From Spirochaetia bacterium (GTDB lineage: Bacteria > Spirochaetota > Spirochaetia > CADAEX01): a stretch of DNA of 63,901 nt. The notes beneath the pieces are model-generated. The model saw nothing but the letters and a program-made list of their open reading frames with translations. It was not told the origin of the DNA and ran no database searches. How positions within the stretch are numbered: the stretch's first letter is position 1; every line of letters begins with the position of its first letter. The stretch spans positions 1 through 63,901 of the forward strand of contig CAXXHA010000017.1 of assembly GCA_963662265.2 (NCBI GenBank), given 5' to 3'. Of the stretch, positions 20,115-30,752 are shown in pieces. Made by a program: the position numbers and the translations under genes.

Positions 20115-22064
20115 TTAGAATTCATTGAATCCTTGAATGTCGTTAAAGTCAGAAATATTTTCTTTTTCAGAATCTTCCTGCGATTTAATCTGTTTAGCCT
20201 TTTTTATACTTACTGGTGTTTCTAAAATATTATGCTGAGATTTATTTAGCTTAAAATACTCAACATTTGTTTGCATCATCTCTGACTGGCTATTTAACTC
20301 TTCCGCCATAGAAGCCATCTCTTCTGATGAAGATGCATTTTGTTGTATTACTGTATCCAACTGCTGTAAGGCCTGATTTATTTGTTCTGCTCCTCTAGTC
20401 TGTTCAAGACTAGAGTTATTTATTTCCTGGACTAATTCTGCTGTTTTCTGTATTTGAGGAACCAACTCATTGATCAATTCCCCTGCTTCTTCAGCAGCCT
20501 GTACACTGTTAACTGAAATATCAGTAATCTCGGCTGCAGCATTTCCTGAATTTTCAGCTAGTTTTCTCACTTCAGAAGCAACAACAGCAAAACCCTTGCC
20601 TGCGTCTCCGGCCCTCGCTGCTTCTATTGCTGCATTTAGAGCTAACATATTTGTATTTCTCGCAATATCTTCAATAATTGATATTTTTTCAGCAATACTT
20701 CTCATAGCGACAACAGTTTCGTTTACTGCTTCTCCACCTTCTATCGCCTCTTTTGTTATTTTTCTTGCGATTTCATCGGCGGTCTGAGAACTTTCAGTAT
20801 TCTGCAGAATATTAGCAGCAAGCTGTTCCATTGCACTTGAAACTTCTTCTGTACTGGAAGCCTGTTCTGTTGCTCCAGATGAAATTTCCTGGGAAGTTGA
20901 AGATATCTGCTGTGCACCTGAAGCAACCTGAGTTGATGCGCTATTGATGTCTAGCAAGATCTTGTTTAAATTGGATGCCATATCTTTCAAAGAATTGCCA
21001 AGCTGTCCGATTTCATCTTTTTGATTTATTGTCATATTAACAGTAAGATCACCTGCTGCAATTTTTGATGCAAATATAACACTTTCCTTAAGCTTTGAAG
21101 AAATACTTCGAGAGAATAATAGCGCAACTGTAATACCCAGAATCAAAAAAAGAATCCCAACAATTGTAATTAAATTTCTGACAAGATTGACCGGTGCAAG
21201 GAACTCGGAATCGGGAAGAGTGAGACCAATACTCCATCCTGTAGATATCACAGGTGCATATCCACAGCTTTTCGAAATATTTTCAAATACATACTTTTCA
21301 ACAGCTCTTTTTCCTGCAATCATGTTTGAAGAAACCAGTTCCATACCTTTTGTGTCTGAAATATTTGTTTTTAAAATAATGTCCTTATTTGGATGCGCTA
21401 TCACAAGACCGGTAGAATCAATAATATATGAATAACCCGTATCTCCAATTTTTGCATCATTGATAACACGATCCAAAAATGATACTTCTATTAAGGTAAC
21501 AAGTACCCCTATAACTGATTTTTCTGACGAATAAACAGGAACTGCTATTGGTAAAAATGGTTTGCCAGTTACTTTATTAACACCTACTGATCCTATATTT
21601 ACTTTGTTTAGTAAAGCATCTTTTATATATTCTCTATCAATAACAGATACACCAAAATATTTACTTTCACTTGCAGCAAGAACAGTCCCTGATTTATCAG
21701 TTACAAATATTGCCTGGTAATCTTCCCCAATCCCATCAGTTTGAGCAATTTTTGCAAGTTGACTGTTCAAGGCATTAATCGCATCTTGATTCTCATTTAA
21801 TACTTCTCTACTACTGCTATCCAGTGTTTTAGTAGTAACGTCAAGAATAGAGAGCGCTTTAGCCATCTTAATTTCATCATTTATAACATTATCCACAAAC
21901 AATGAAAGCTCATAAGCTCTAGAATACATTTGCTCATTTGTAGATTTCGTTAGTGCTTTCCCAGAAATTGAGACTGAAAATACTCCTACTGTTATTAGTG
22001 GAATAGCCAATACTAAAATACCAAACAATAATAATTTTACTGAAATCTTTAAATTCTTAAACAC
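20115..22064 (-). CDS. Methyl-accepting chemotaxis protein (dCache-HAMP-MA)
   Basis: [33 protein letters not shown]; two TMs; Cache motif [15 protein letters not shown]. Confidence 0.95.
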   Translation of the reverse strand: MFKNLKISVKLLLFGILVLAIPLITVGVFSVSISGKALTKSTNEQMYSRAYELSLFVDNVINDEIKMAKALSILDVTTKTLDSSSREVLNENQDAINALNSQLAKIAQTDGIGEDYQAIFVTDKSGTVLAASESKYFGVSVIDREYIKDALLNKVNIGSVGVNKVTGKPFLPIAVPVYSSEKSVIGVLVTLIEVSFLDRVINDAKIGDTGYSYIIDSTGLVIAHPNKDIILKTNISDTKGMELVSSNMIAGKRAVEKYVFENISKSCGYAPVISTGWSIGLTLPDSEFLAPVNLVRNLITIVGILFLILGITVALLFSRSISSKLKESVIFASKIAAGDLTVNMTINQKDEIGQLGNSLKDMASNLNKILLDINSASTQVASGAQQISSTSQEISSGATEQASSTEEVSSAMEQLAANILQNTESSQTADEIARKITKEAIEGGEAVNETVVAMRSIAEKISIIEDIARNTNMLALNAAIEAARAGDAGKGFAVVASEVRKLAENSGNAAAEITDISVNSVQAAEEAGELINELVPQIQKTAELVQEINNSSLEQTRGAEQINQALQQLDTVIQQNASSSEEMASMAEELNSQSEMMQTNVEYFKLNKSQHNILETPVSIKKAKQIKSQEDSEKENISDFNDIQGFNEF

Positions 22065-22342
22065 GTTAGTCCTCCTGAAAATATTTTATTGTTGTTTTCT
22101 TTGTAACTATATTTGTATCGAATACCTCATTATATATCATTTTCTATTATCGCATAACATAATTTTATTAATTTGTATTAATTAATAACTTATCGTTATG
22201 ATTTTATTAATTTTCATTTTTCTATAATTTTTGGTTATGCATAATTATTATGATTGGTTTGTTTTTAGAATAATTAATCTTTTGAAACAAATAAAAGAAG
22301 ATTTGACTGTAGTAAATGATTACTTAATTTAGAAGATTCAGT

Positions 22343-22384
22343 CACTCGCTAAATTTATTGAATCCTCGGGGATTGGGTATATCA
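22343..22384 (+). repeat. Island backbone repeat segment C (promoter-like TTGAAT...TATCAT)
   Basis: Matches 19190-19233. Confidence 0.65.
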
Positions 22385-22417
22385 TGGAGTAATAATTTAA
22401 AATAAGAGGTTTTTCCA

Positions 22418-22556
22418 TGAAATATTTATTTTCATTATAAGTTGTTTCCCCTTATATGCAGATCAAACAGCAATAATCAATGAATCAGGGCTTGAAGTTC
22501 TGATGAAGGATGATGGCTCATGGGAATATAGCCATAGTCTCGGTATACTCTTCTAG
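22418..22556 (+). pseudogene. Remnant of a secreted protein (DUF3157-like N-terminus)
   Basis: GAGG RBS, broken signal peptide, then LYADQTAIINESGLEVLMKDDGSWEY and a stop. Confidence 0.4.
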
Positions 22557-22685
22557 CTTTTACTGTGAATTATAACTGTTAGCATTACTAATATTATTAA
22601 TAATAAGTATTATTAGTTATGTCTCTTTAAATTTGACTATTCTATCTTCCAATGTTATAATTATTAATATTTTAATGAGATTATT

Positions 22686-22958
22686 ATGAGAAACCTTAAT
22701 GCAATTATTAATAAAGCTATCGATGCTATGGACATTGCTTTTACAAGCAAAGAACTATTTTCATGGATATTAAGACATCATCCTAAAAAGTTTCGTTTTT
22801 TATGCCATAACTATATATTACACCATCGAAGTACGCAAAATCTTATTGATCATTTATATAATTTGATTAGAAGAAGCTGCAAAATTAAAACTATTTTTCT
22901 TCTTCAAATGTCTAATAAAAATAGTAAATATATTATTTACGGAATGATAAAGTTTTAA
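22686..22958 (+). CDS. Hypothetical protein
   Basis: 90-aa basic ORF in an AT-rich part of the island. Confidence 0.4.
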   Translation: MRNLNAIINKAIDAMDIAFTSKELFSWILRHHPKKFRFLCHNYILHHRSTQNLIDHLYNLIRRSCKIKTIFLLQMSNKNSKYIIYGMIKF

Positions 22959-23109
22959 AAAAGAATAAGTATTACTGATCAACAAGTATCAATATAATTA
23001 TCTCCAGATAATTGTTTATACCATCATTTTTCAGATCTCCGATTTCATTCTCCCACTTTTCAACACCAGTTATAATCCCGTGTTCTCTGATAGATTCCAG
23101 CAGTTTTTG

Positions 23110-23256
23110 CTACAGCATTTCGTGTATAGACAGGAACGTATCACTTAATAAATGCTTTGAATTCCCTCCCGATAAAGGATTCTTTTCACTGTTAAAGAAT
23201 CTTGCAACTCTTTTTTCAAACTGTTTCCAGGTTTTATTTCCCATAACTTTCCTCAT
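23110..23256 (-). pseudogene. Phage-type PD-(D/E)XK / Holliday-junction-resolvase-like N-terminal remnant
   Basis: Not in ORF track; MGNKTWKQFEKRVARFFNSEKNPLSGGNSKHLLSD, then truncated. Confidence 0.45.
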
Positions 23257-23394
23257 TTTAAAAATATTTCATCATTACTACTTGTATTTTTTTATTGGTT
23301 ATGTTTAATATAGTTAGTATTCTCTAATATTTAATGTTTGATATTATGAATACTTAGCCAGGGAGAATTAATCTTGATCAATTTTTAAGCTTTT

Positions 23395-23787
23395 TTACAC
23401 TCCTAACATAAAACACAACTCCCTGGCAATTTTTAATGAAACTATGATCAAGGAGATCTGCAGCTTTCCTGTAAAATAAAACTGAACAATTATATTTACG
23501 ATGCAGACTCCTTGATCTTTTTTACGATGCTTTCCTATAGCCTGAAGAGCTTTTTTGGGGTCTCCTACAGGATCATCTTTGCTACTCATCTCGTACTGAT
23601 CAAAGCTTTTTTTATCTTCTTTCCTTTCTTTTTTGTATCGAATCAACACACATTTTTTTCCTTGTATTTGAACTTGTTTATTCGCATAATTTGCTCCAAA
23701 TAATGGATTTTCAAAATATAGATTTTTAAAAGTATCTATTTTTAAAAATTCTCTGTTTTTCGCTCCGCGCAGTACTGCGTAGGGCAC
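23395..23787 (-). pseudogene. Degenerate element-backbone gene fragment(s)
   Basis: Composite-looking ORF lying between other remnants; no recognisable domain. Confidence 0.3.
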
Positions 23788-23822
23788 TATTTTGAATCTT
23801 TCTCATTTTCTGGCATCTTTTC

Positions 23823-24041
23823 CTATTTTTTTTCACGTTCAATTTCTGCTTTTTTATAATTTTCAATCCTGACTTCCAAAAGTCGTTCATAAAGATCCTT
23901 TACTTTGTTCCTGTTCATTTCCGGTTCTGCAAAATATCTGAAGATATCTCTCATCGTTTTCAGTCCTTTGTCCGCTCCATACTTGAGATATATTTCTGCC
24001 TCATTCACGGGGAATGAGATATTGAATTTTCTTTTGTCCAT
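23823..24041 (-). CDS. Small putative ribbon-helix-helix-like DNA-binding protein
   Basis: 72 aa; KRKFNISFP strand pattern followed by helical segments. Confidence 0.45.
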   Translation of the reverse strand: MDKRKFNISFPVNEAEIYLKYGADKGLKTMRDIFRYFAEPEMNRNKVKDLYERLLEVRIENYKKAEIEREKK

Positions 24042-24285
24042 GATGAAACCTGTTCAAAAAAGATACGGGGCAGATAATTCCCCGCAAGACGGTCTGCATC
24101 TCGCCGAAACAGAGTATACAGGTCACTGGTTTAAAAGCAGAGTTGGTTACAGCCCTGAGCAGGGGCCCTCCGCCACCCTTTCCGGCAATACTAGTTACGG
24201 TGGGTGGAAATGGCAAACAAAAAGCCCCATTGCCTCCACTGTTATGTGGGTGTAGAATTATTATATTAAATGACAAGATTTAAAA

Positions 24286-25072
24286 ATGATAAAATGTAAA
24301 ATTAAGGAACACAATTATATGATAGAAAAAATGACTTCAGGTTTATTTCATCATTACAGTAAGATTGCATATAATGCAGTAGTAAAACATAAAACTTTTG
24401 AACAATTGATACATAATTCAGAAGATGGACATGATTATTATACATCTTTTTTTCAGTATTATGATATTGCCATTATATTTTTTGGATTAGCAATAGAATC
24501 TTACTCCAATTACTTGATAAAACATACACCAGAAATAATATCAAAAAAAGATGAGGAATTTGAAAAAAAAATTAACTCCCAGTGGGAAATTTATATTAGC
24601 TACAAAACTTCTATGGAATGAATTATTAAACGACAGTAAAGATCCTTTACAAGGTATAAAAAACATCACAACTGCACGAAATTGTTTGGCACATAATAAA
24701 CCAGCAATTATTGAAAGCAATCATCTTAAAAGAATTGACGCCATTACAAAAAATCAAACCCCAAAAGAAGATTTATTAAATTATGCAAGATGCTTTTATA
24801 GGATTCACAATTTCTATGCAAAAAAAACAGGGGAAACATCTGTATTGAAACATAATATTGATTTTTTAATTTTCCCTCCATATGATTATTTATTTGATAA
24901 TTATGCTAAATATAAAATTAAAACATGGTATAAAATTGACGAAAACTCCTTATTTGCTGGTACAAAATTCCCAGATAAAGATACATATTCATTCTTTCTT
25001 CGTGATAATATAGGGTTAAGTCCAAAAATTGAAATTGACAAAATAAATAAACTTATAAACATCGTTGAATAA
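24286..25072 (+). CDS. HEPN-like protein, split by one extra A in the A9 tract 24563-24571
   Basis: AIESYSN in the first ORF and RNCLAH (Rx4H) in the second; A8 would join them into about 261 aa. Confidence 0.6.
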
Positions 25073-25172
25073 TAGAAAAAACTTGCAGGACACTTCCAAC
25101 GCTATACTACTTAATATCCCCCCCTACCCCCCGGCCGTCAACGAGTGTATAATGGGAAGCGGAAGGTCTTAA

Positions 25173-25904
25173 ATGCATAATATTACTTTAATCTGCACAG
25201 TACATGGAGAAAGTGGTTCTTGTAACTTGGACTCGTTATATAAAATTATTGAGACAATAAATCCAGAAGTAATTTTTGAAGAGATGCCACCTTCAGCTGT
25301 TGAAGATTACTATATAAATAAAACTGTAGAGAAATTAGAATCAAAAACTATAATTAAATACTTAGAAACTCACAATATTGAGCATATCCCGGTAGACATT
25401 GATATAATTACTCCTTCTTTTTTAGAAAAAAATAGATTCATGCACAGCAGGGTCGAATCAAATAGCTTTGAATATCGAAGGTTAATCGACAATGATATAC
25501 AATACAGATATCACTATGGATTTGATTATCTTAATAGTCGTTACTGTGGAAAACTTTATAAGGAATTAAATGAAGCAATCGAAGTTACTGTACACAAACT
25601 AAAAGAAGAAAAATTAATTAAAAATCATAATCAGTGGAACGAGATTGAAGGAAGACGCGAAGATGAAATGCTCAAGAACATCTACAATTATTGTGCTGAA
25701 AACATATTTGATATAGGGATATTCTTTATCGGAGCTTTTCATCGAGAATCAATTATAAGAAAAATACAAAAATATGAAGAATCAAGCGATTTAAAAATAA
25801 ATTGGAATTATAGTAATTATGATAATATTCTAGATATTTTAAATGAAATAGATATTAAAGATTTTCAGCCTAATCAACTTCAAAATCTCCGTCCCCTTGG
25901 TTAG
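25173..25904 (+). CDS. Hypothetical protein (TraB/ChaN-like motif pattern)
   Basis: ICTVH, PEVIFEE, RREDEMLKNI and GAFH. Confidence 0.7.
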   Translation: MHNITLICTVHGESGSCNLDSLYKIIETINPEVIFEEMPPSAVEDYYINKTVEKLESKTIIKYLETHNIEHIPVDIDIITPSFLEKNRFMHSRVESNSFEYRRLIDNDIQYRYHYGFDYLNSRYCGKLYKELNEAIEVTVHKLKEEKLIKNHNQWNEIEGRREDEMLKNIYNYCAENIFDIGIFFIGAFHRESIIRKIQKYEESSDLKINWNYSNYDNILDILNEIDIKDFQPNQLQNLRPLG

Positions 25905-26199
25905 TTAATAGATATAGAATGGAAACGGAAAACAGCCATCCCCCTCTAGGGGATAGATTTTTTTCTTATTATCAGTGTTGTGCAGGTGGTGTATGTTTTT
26001 TGAAAAATAATCAGGTTTCCGAAGTGTAGATAATTTTATATCTTGAAATAGAATTTATCTTAAATCAGGGTAAACAACAAATATATCTTTATTTACTTCA
26101 TATAATGCATCCTTACATTGACTTTATCAGATCATTACCGTAAGGTCTTTAAATAAGATCATTTTTTTATGATCAAAGGAAAAAGAGGAATAAAGAAAT

Positions 26200-26394
26200 A
26201 TGAGTACAGGTACAGTTAAGTTTTTCAATGAATCAAAAGGTTTTGGTTTTATTACACCTGAAGCAGGAGGGAAAGATCTTTTTGTTCACAGTTCTGAAAT
26301 TGTGAACGGACCACTTTACGAAAATGACAGTGTTACTTTCGAAATTGGAGAAGGTCAAAAAGGACCTTGCGCAGTAAAAGTAAGTAAAAATTAA
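26200..26394 (+). CDS. Cold-shock protein
   Basis: [12 protein letters not shown] and DLFVHSS (RNP1/RNP2). Confidence 0.95.
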   Translation: MSTGTVKFFNESKGFGFITPEAGGKDLFVHSSEIVNGPLYENDSVTFEIGEGQKGPCAVKVSKN

Positions 26395-26572
26395 TTATTA
26401 AGAATATACTTTTTTAAAAAGGTGTTTTTGTACGGAAGCCCCTTTCAGGCATCAACACCATAAAAAATCTCTCCTCCTAAAGGAGAGTGTTCTATTTATT
26501 ATTAGGAAAAAACAGTCTTTCTTCACCACGCCCCACATGGCAATGGAACTTCCTCCGCAAGTAATATAAAAA

Positions 26573-26932
26573 TCAGGGGATCCCATGCATTGTAATGTTA
26601 TAATCACCATCAAGATCACTTACTGATGGACTACTACCTGGTTGATATGTACTGCTACCACCCCACCCTCTTTTTTCCCATCGTGTAGGATCGTCGGGAT
26701 CCATATTTCCTGCTCCGAAATCAATTGCAGCAGAAAGGTAATAACTGCCATCTGGAACATCCGATGTATCAATTTCAAAGTCAGTTGGATTAAACGGAAG
26801 TGTATATGTAGTAACAATTCGTTTTACATATCCATTAGTGATATCATTATCAGAATCAAGATAAACATAGAAATTCCCGGCTTCTGAAGGTTGTGTTTCT
26901 GCAGTTGCAATACCGGTCAATAACCCACCTGT
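26573..26932 (-). pseudogene. 5'-truncated beta-rich (probably secreted) protein joined to the integrase remnant
   Basis: No RBS or signal peptide; the frame starts at the integrase breakpoint. Confidence 0.45.
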
Positions 26933-27513
26933 TCATCTTGAGGGAAGAGCTTTGCTACTTCGATATCATTAAAGTTCTCCCTGGATTCATTTTCTTCATT
27001 GATCTTTACAATGCTGCGAATAGGGTTTTCTGTGATTATTTTGTCTTTAAGGGCTTTTTCAAAAACATTGTCGCCACAGGCAAGGATCTTGTTTTTGGAA
27101 TTATCTGATAGTTCTTTATTTGTTCTCTTTGATTTCAGATCCATATACCAGTCATCAATCATGTCAGATGTAATGGAATTGATTAAAAAATTACCGAACT
27201 GCTTAATCCAGTAGTTCTGCAGCCGACTTTCCTGAACAGGCCAGTATTCTGATTTGAAATACTTTTTCTTCTTCTCCATCTGTTTCCGGAAACCATGTTT
27301 ATCTTCACTATAGAATCCAGATGCATAATCTTTGAATGTAGGAATAGATTTAATGTTACGGTTTTTATCAAAATCCTGTAGATATCGTTCAGCAAACTGT
27401 ATTGCTTCTTTCTCATCAGTTGTACCAGTATTTATTTCCTGTTCTGGGAGAATTTTAAAAATGACCTATATTTTACGACCTTTTCTTTGTTTAAACCGGT
27501 ATTCAGTTTTCAT
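26917..27513 (-). pseudogene. Tyrosine integrase pseudogene (arm-binding and core-binding domains only)
   Basis: ATG at 27513, in-frame TAG at 27466-27468, then NTGTTDEKEAIQFA...TFKDYA...LSDNSKNKIL...IITENPIRSI...RENFNDIEVAKLF; catalytic domain absent. Confidence 0.8.
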
Positions 27514-27559
27514 AAATTTAATGATAAAAGCACTCTTTATTATAAGTCAAGAGCTGTTT

Positions 27560-27578
27560 TGGGGACATCTTGGGGACA
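27560..27578. repeat. TGGGGACA x2 direct repeat, arm-type integrase site-like
   Basis: TGGGGACA-TCT-TGGGGACA between the integrase start and the tRNA 3' end. Confidence 0.6.
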
Positions 27579-27657
27579 ATATAGACACAAAACTATATAA
27601 GATATTTATAAGTTATTATAATATAAGGATTTATTTTTAAAGACAAGAAATAATTAT

Positions 27658-27742
27658 TGCCGAAGACGGGACTTGAACCCGTACAGCTTTAAAGGCCGGA
27701 GGATTTTAAGTCCTCTGTGTCTACCAATTCCACCACTTCGGC
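27658..27742 (-). tRNA. tRNA-Leu (TAA)
   Basis: GCCGAAG/CTTCGGC acceptor stem, TGGTA D-loop, CT-TAA-AA anticodon loop, long variable arm, GGTTCAAGTCC T-arm; CCA not encoded. Confidence 0.97.
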
Positions 27743-28027
27743 AATTAATTATATGTGTCCCTATATTACTTTTGAATCGCATCTTGGTCAAGCACTTTAA
27801 GCTATTTTTATTATCAGTCCTCAAAAGTGGAATATCATGTAAATCATTACTATAATTATATTTATTTCAATTTCTACAGGGAATATTAAACAAACAGCAA
27901 GCTGTCATTGGGACAAGGATCTCCCGGGAAAACTGAATATACTCTTCAAATAAAGTTTTTCATCTACTGTCCTCCAGATAACATAAACCGGTTGAATGAG
28001 TTAATCAAAACACATATTATTCTGTTT

Positions 28028-28840
28028 ATGAAAGAAAAATACTGTTTATATGACGGAATAATTGATTCACACTTCCACCAGCTTGAAATGAAGAAAAAAG
28101 AAATGGATCCTGATGCAATTCTTGAGGAATGCTTTGATAAGGGACTTTCACTTGCCCTCGATATATCAACCAACACAGAGACTTTCTATGAAAGACTTGA
28201 ATTTGCGGAAAAATATCCACAGGTTTATATTTCCGCAGGGCTCAGCGTTGGAAAGGCAGAAGCACCTCAGATAATAATAGATAAAATGCTTTCTGATCTT
28301 GAAGATCAGCTTCAAAGCAATAAGGATAATACAAAACTAAAGGCTCTCGGCGAAACAGGCCTTGACCGTTACTGGAACCACGGCGATGTAAAGAGGGAGA
28401 CTCATCTGTTTGAATCACAGGTTATGCTGGCAGAAAAATATTCTCTCCCGGTTATTATTCACAACAGGGAAGCTGATGATGAAATCCTTGATGTTCTTGA
28501 AAGACTAAAACCCTCAAAAGGGGGAATAATTCACTGCTTCTCAACAGACTGGGCTTTCGCTTCCCGAGCCCTTGATATAGGATTCATGATTTCCTTTGCA
28601 GGTAATCTTACATACAAGAAAACAGATGACATGAGAGATGTGTGCAGAAAAACACCTTCCGATTCAATACTCATTGAAACAGATGCTCCATACCTCACCC
28701 CTCAGAAAGTGAGAAAATATAAAAACCATCCGGGATTTATCGGATATACATATGAACTTGCAGCCGAGCTTAGAGGTGTCGGGACTGAGGAGCTTGTTGG
28801 CCAGGTTAACAGCAATTTCAGAAGATTACTTTCATTATAA
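28028..28840 (+). CDS. tatD: TatD family DNase
   Basis: DSHFH, GETGLD, IHNR, IHCF and ETDAP motifs; likely start MKEKYC. Confidence 0.92.
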   Translation: MKEKYCLYDGIIDSHFHQLEMKKKEMDPDAILEECFDKGLSLALDISTNTETFYERLEFAEKYPQVYISAGLSVGKAEAPQIIIDKMLSDLEDQLQSNKDNTKLKALGETGLDRYWNHGDVKRETHLFESQVMLAEKYSLPVIIHNREADDEILDVLERLKPSKGGIIHCFSTDWAFASRALDIGFMISFAGNLTYKKTDDMRDVCRKTPSDSILIETDAPYLTPQKVRKYKNHPGFIGYTYELAAELRGVGTEELVGQVNSNFRRLLSL

Positions 28841-28937
28841 TATTTTATGATAATAATTCCAGGAACAGGGAATAAATAATCATCAGAATAAATGTAAAAC
28901 CTGATTCTTAATTACAACAAAACATAACCTAAAAAAT

Positions 28938-28970
28938 AAACCCCGCAGAGCCGAAGCTTTACGGGGTTTT
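28938..28970. terminator. Bidirectional hairpin terminator between convergent tatD and acyl-CoA dehydrogenase
   Basis: AAACCCCG...CGGGGTTT flanked by A/T tracts. Confidence 0.7.
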
Positions 28971-29033
28971 GATTATATAACTGAATAAATTCTGCTATGC
29001 AGATTTATCCGAACTTAATCAGTTAACTGATAA

Positions 29034-30743
29034 TTAACCGATAATTTCGTTGTAGTATTCTACAATTTTCGCTTCTCCGCCAAGGATGTAGTTCATGTTC
29101 ATCTCAACTCTGGGAAGCATTTTTTCAATAAATATCTCTGCAACCTTTTTCTTCCTGTCTGCTTTCACAGCATCTCTTAAGAGAAGGTATGAGATAATAA
29201 TATCGGTTGCCATTTCAACAAGTCTTCTTGAGTGGAATGTAACGAATTCAGGATCCTTAATATCCTTGACACCTACAATAGCCTTGTCAAAGAAATGTCT
29301 TGTCTCAAGAACTTTCTTGTGAAGATCTTCAGCATGTGAAAAATCAGCTGAATCATACTCATCCATAATTGAAGCTGCAGTTCCTGTTGTAACACCGCCG
29401 ATTGCAGCAACAACCTGGAGCTGTGTAGTTCCTTCATAGATGTTAGTGATTCTTGCATCTCTGTAGTGTCTTTCGGCGTTGAATTCCTGCATGAATCCTG
29501 TACCGCCGTGGATCTGGATTGTATCATAACAAACCTTGTTACACATTTCAGTGTTGTATGCTTTTACAATTGGAGTAAAGAGAGCGGCAAGTCTTGTATA
29601 TCGTTTAAGATCAGTCTTGTACTCATCTTTCTTTTCCGGCTGTCTTTCAAGAAGCTCTTCAATACCTTCCTTGATATCAACAAATTTTGCTGTTTCATAA
29701 AGAAGTGTTCTACCTGCTTCGATTGCAACCTTGTTTTCAGTAAGCATTTCATAAACAGCTGGGAATTCCTTGATTGCCTGTCCGAACTGGATTCTCTCTT
29801 TTGCATATTTATCCCCCTCTCTCCATGATGCTTCTGCAATACCGAGAGCCTGTCCCGCAATACCCAGTCTTGCAGCATTCATGAGCCACATTGTGTATTT
29901 TGAGAGACCTCTTTTTCTTTCTCCAACAAGTGTACATGGAGCGTTGTTGAACTGAAGCTCACATGTAGGAGATCCGTGAATACCCATCTTGTGCTCAACA
30001 CGCCTTATCTTCATGTGCTCATCTCTCTTGTAGAGGAAGAATGAAAGACCTCGGGCGCCTGTCTGGCCCTCTTCACTTCTTGCAAGTACAAGACCAACAG
30101 TTCCGCATCCGTTAGTGATAAATCTCTTAACACCGTTTAGGAACCAGTTTCCGTTGGCATCCTGAGTAGCTCTTAAGTTTACAGCCTGGAGGTCTGAACC
30201 TGCATCCGGTTCTGTAAGGATCATTGAAGAACCCCATTCGCCTGAAGCAAGCTTTGGAAGAACTGCCTGTTTCTGCTGCTCTGAACCGAACTTGTTCAAT
30301 GTTTCCCCGATATCCTGCTGGAGACCGAAGTTGAGGAAAGAACCGTCAGCTCTGGAAACAATTTCTGCAGCAACAGAAAGAATAGTTGACGGGAAGTTGA
30401 GCCCGTTGTATTTTCTCGGGAGACAGAAACCCATGAGGTCTGCCTGACCGAACATATCCTGAACAAGTGCAGTTCCCTTTGCAAGCTGAACTTCTCCGTC
30501 AATGAGTTTTACACCTTCTTCATCAATTTCCGGTGCAAGAGGAGCAAGTGTTTCACCGCAGATTTCTCCGATTACATTGAGAACTTTTCTGTATGAATCC
30601 TTTGCATCTTCAAGATCAACAGGAGCGTAGGGGAATTCCTTGGCCTGTTCGAAATTTTCTTCTCTGAGTTCGATAACCCTGTCTATATCCATGTTATCGA
30701 GGTGGAACAGTATATCTTCATTATCAAGTAAAAAGTTTTCCAT
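29034..30743 (-). CDS. Acyl-CoA dehydrogenase
   Basis: LTEPDAGSD, NGVKRFITNG, KMGIHGSPTC, QIHGGTG and IYEGTTQLQ. Confidence 0.95.
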   Translation of the reverse strand: MENFLLDNEDILFHLDNMDIDRVIELREENFEQAKEFPYAPVDLEDAKDSYRKVLNVIGEICGETLAPLAPEIDEEGVKLIDGEVQLAKGTALVQDMFGQADLMGFCLPRKYNGLNFPSTILSVAAEIVSRADGSFLNFGLQQDIGETLNKFGSEQQKQAVLPKLASGEWGSSMILTEPDAGSDLQAVNLRATQDANGNWFLNGVKRFITNGCGTVGLVLARSEEGQTGARGLSFFLYKRDEHMKIRRVEHKMGIHGSPTCELQFNNAPCTLVGERKRGLSKYTMWLMNAARLGIAGQALGIAEASWREGDKYAKERIQFGQAIKEFPAVYEMLTENKVAIEAGRTLLYETAKFVDIKEGIEELLERQPEKKDEYKTDLKRYTRLAALFTPIVKAYNTEMCNKVCYDTIQIHGGTGFMQEFNAERHYRDARITNIYEGTTQLQVVAAIGGVTTGTAASIMDEYDSADFSHAEDLHKKVLETRHFFDKAIVGVKDIKDPEFVTFHSRRLVEMATDIIISYLLLRDAVKADRKKKVAEIFIEKMLPRVEMNMNYILGGEAKIVEYYNEIIG

Positions 30744-30752
30744 AGCTACCTC

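Larger units (their letters stand above)
16100..27657. mobile_element. Decayed integrative element / genomic island at tRNA-Leu 3' end (left boundary uncertain)
   Basis: Integrase pseudogene next to the tRNA, arm-type repeats, IS3 and phage remnants, very AT-rich stretches, mosaic cargo. Confidence 0.75.

Noticed and set aside
27466-27468. TAG recoding (pyrrolysine or alternative code) in the integrase and IS3 relic
   Set aside because: TAG terminates intact genes here (GNAT, uraA, feoB) and both elements are also truncated
16100-27657. Integron with attC cassettes
   Set aside because: No IntI-type integrase, no RYYYAAC...GTTRRRY hairpins seen, and cargo lies on both strands
27673-27855. 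60-aa ORF
   Set aside because: Antisense shadow of tRNA-Leu
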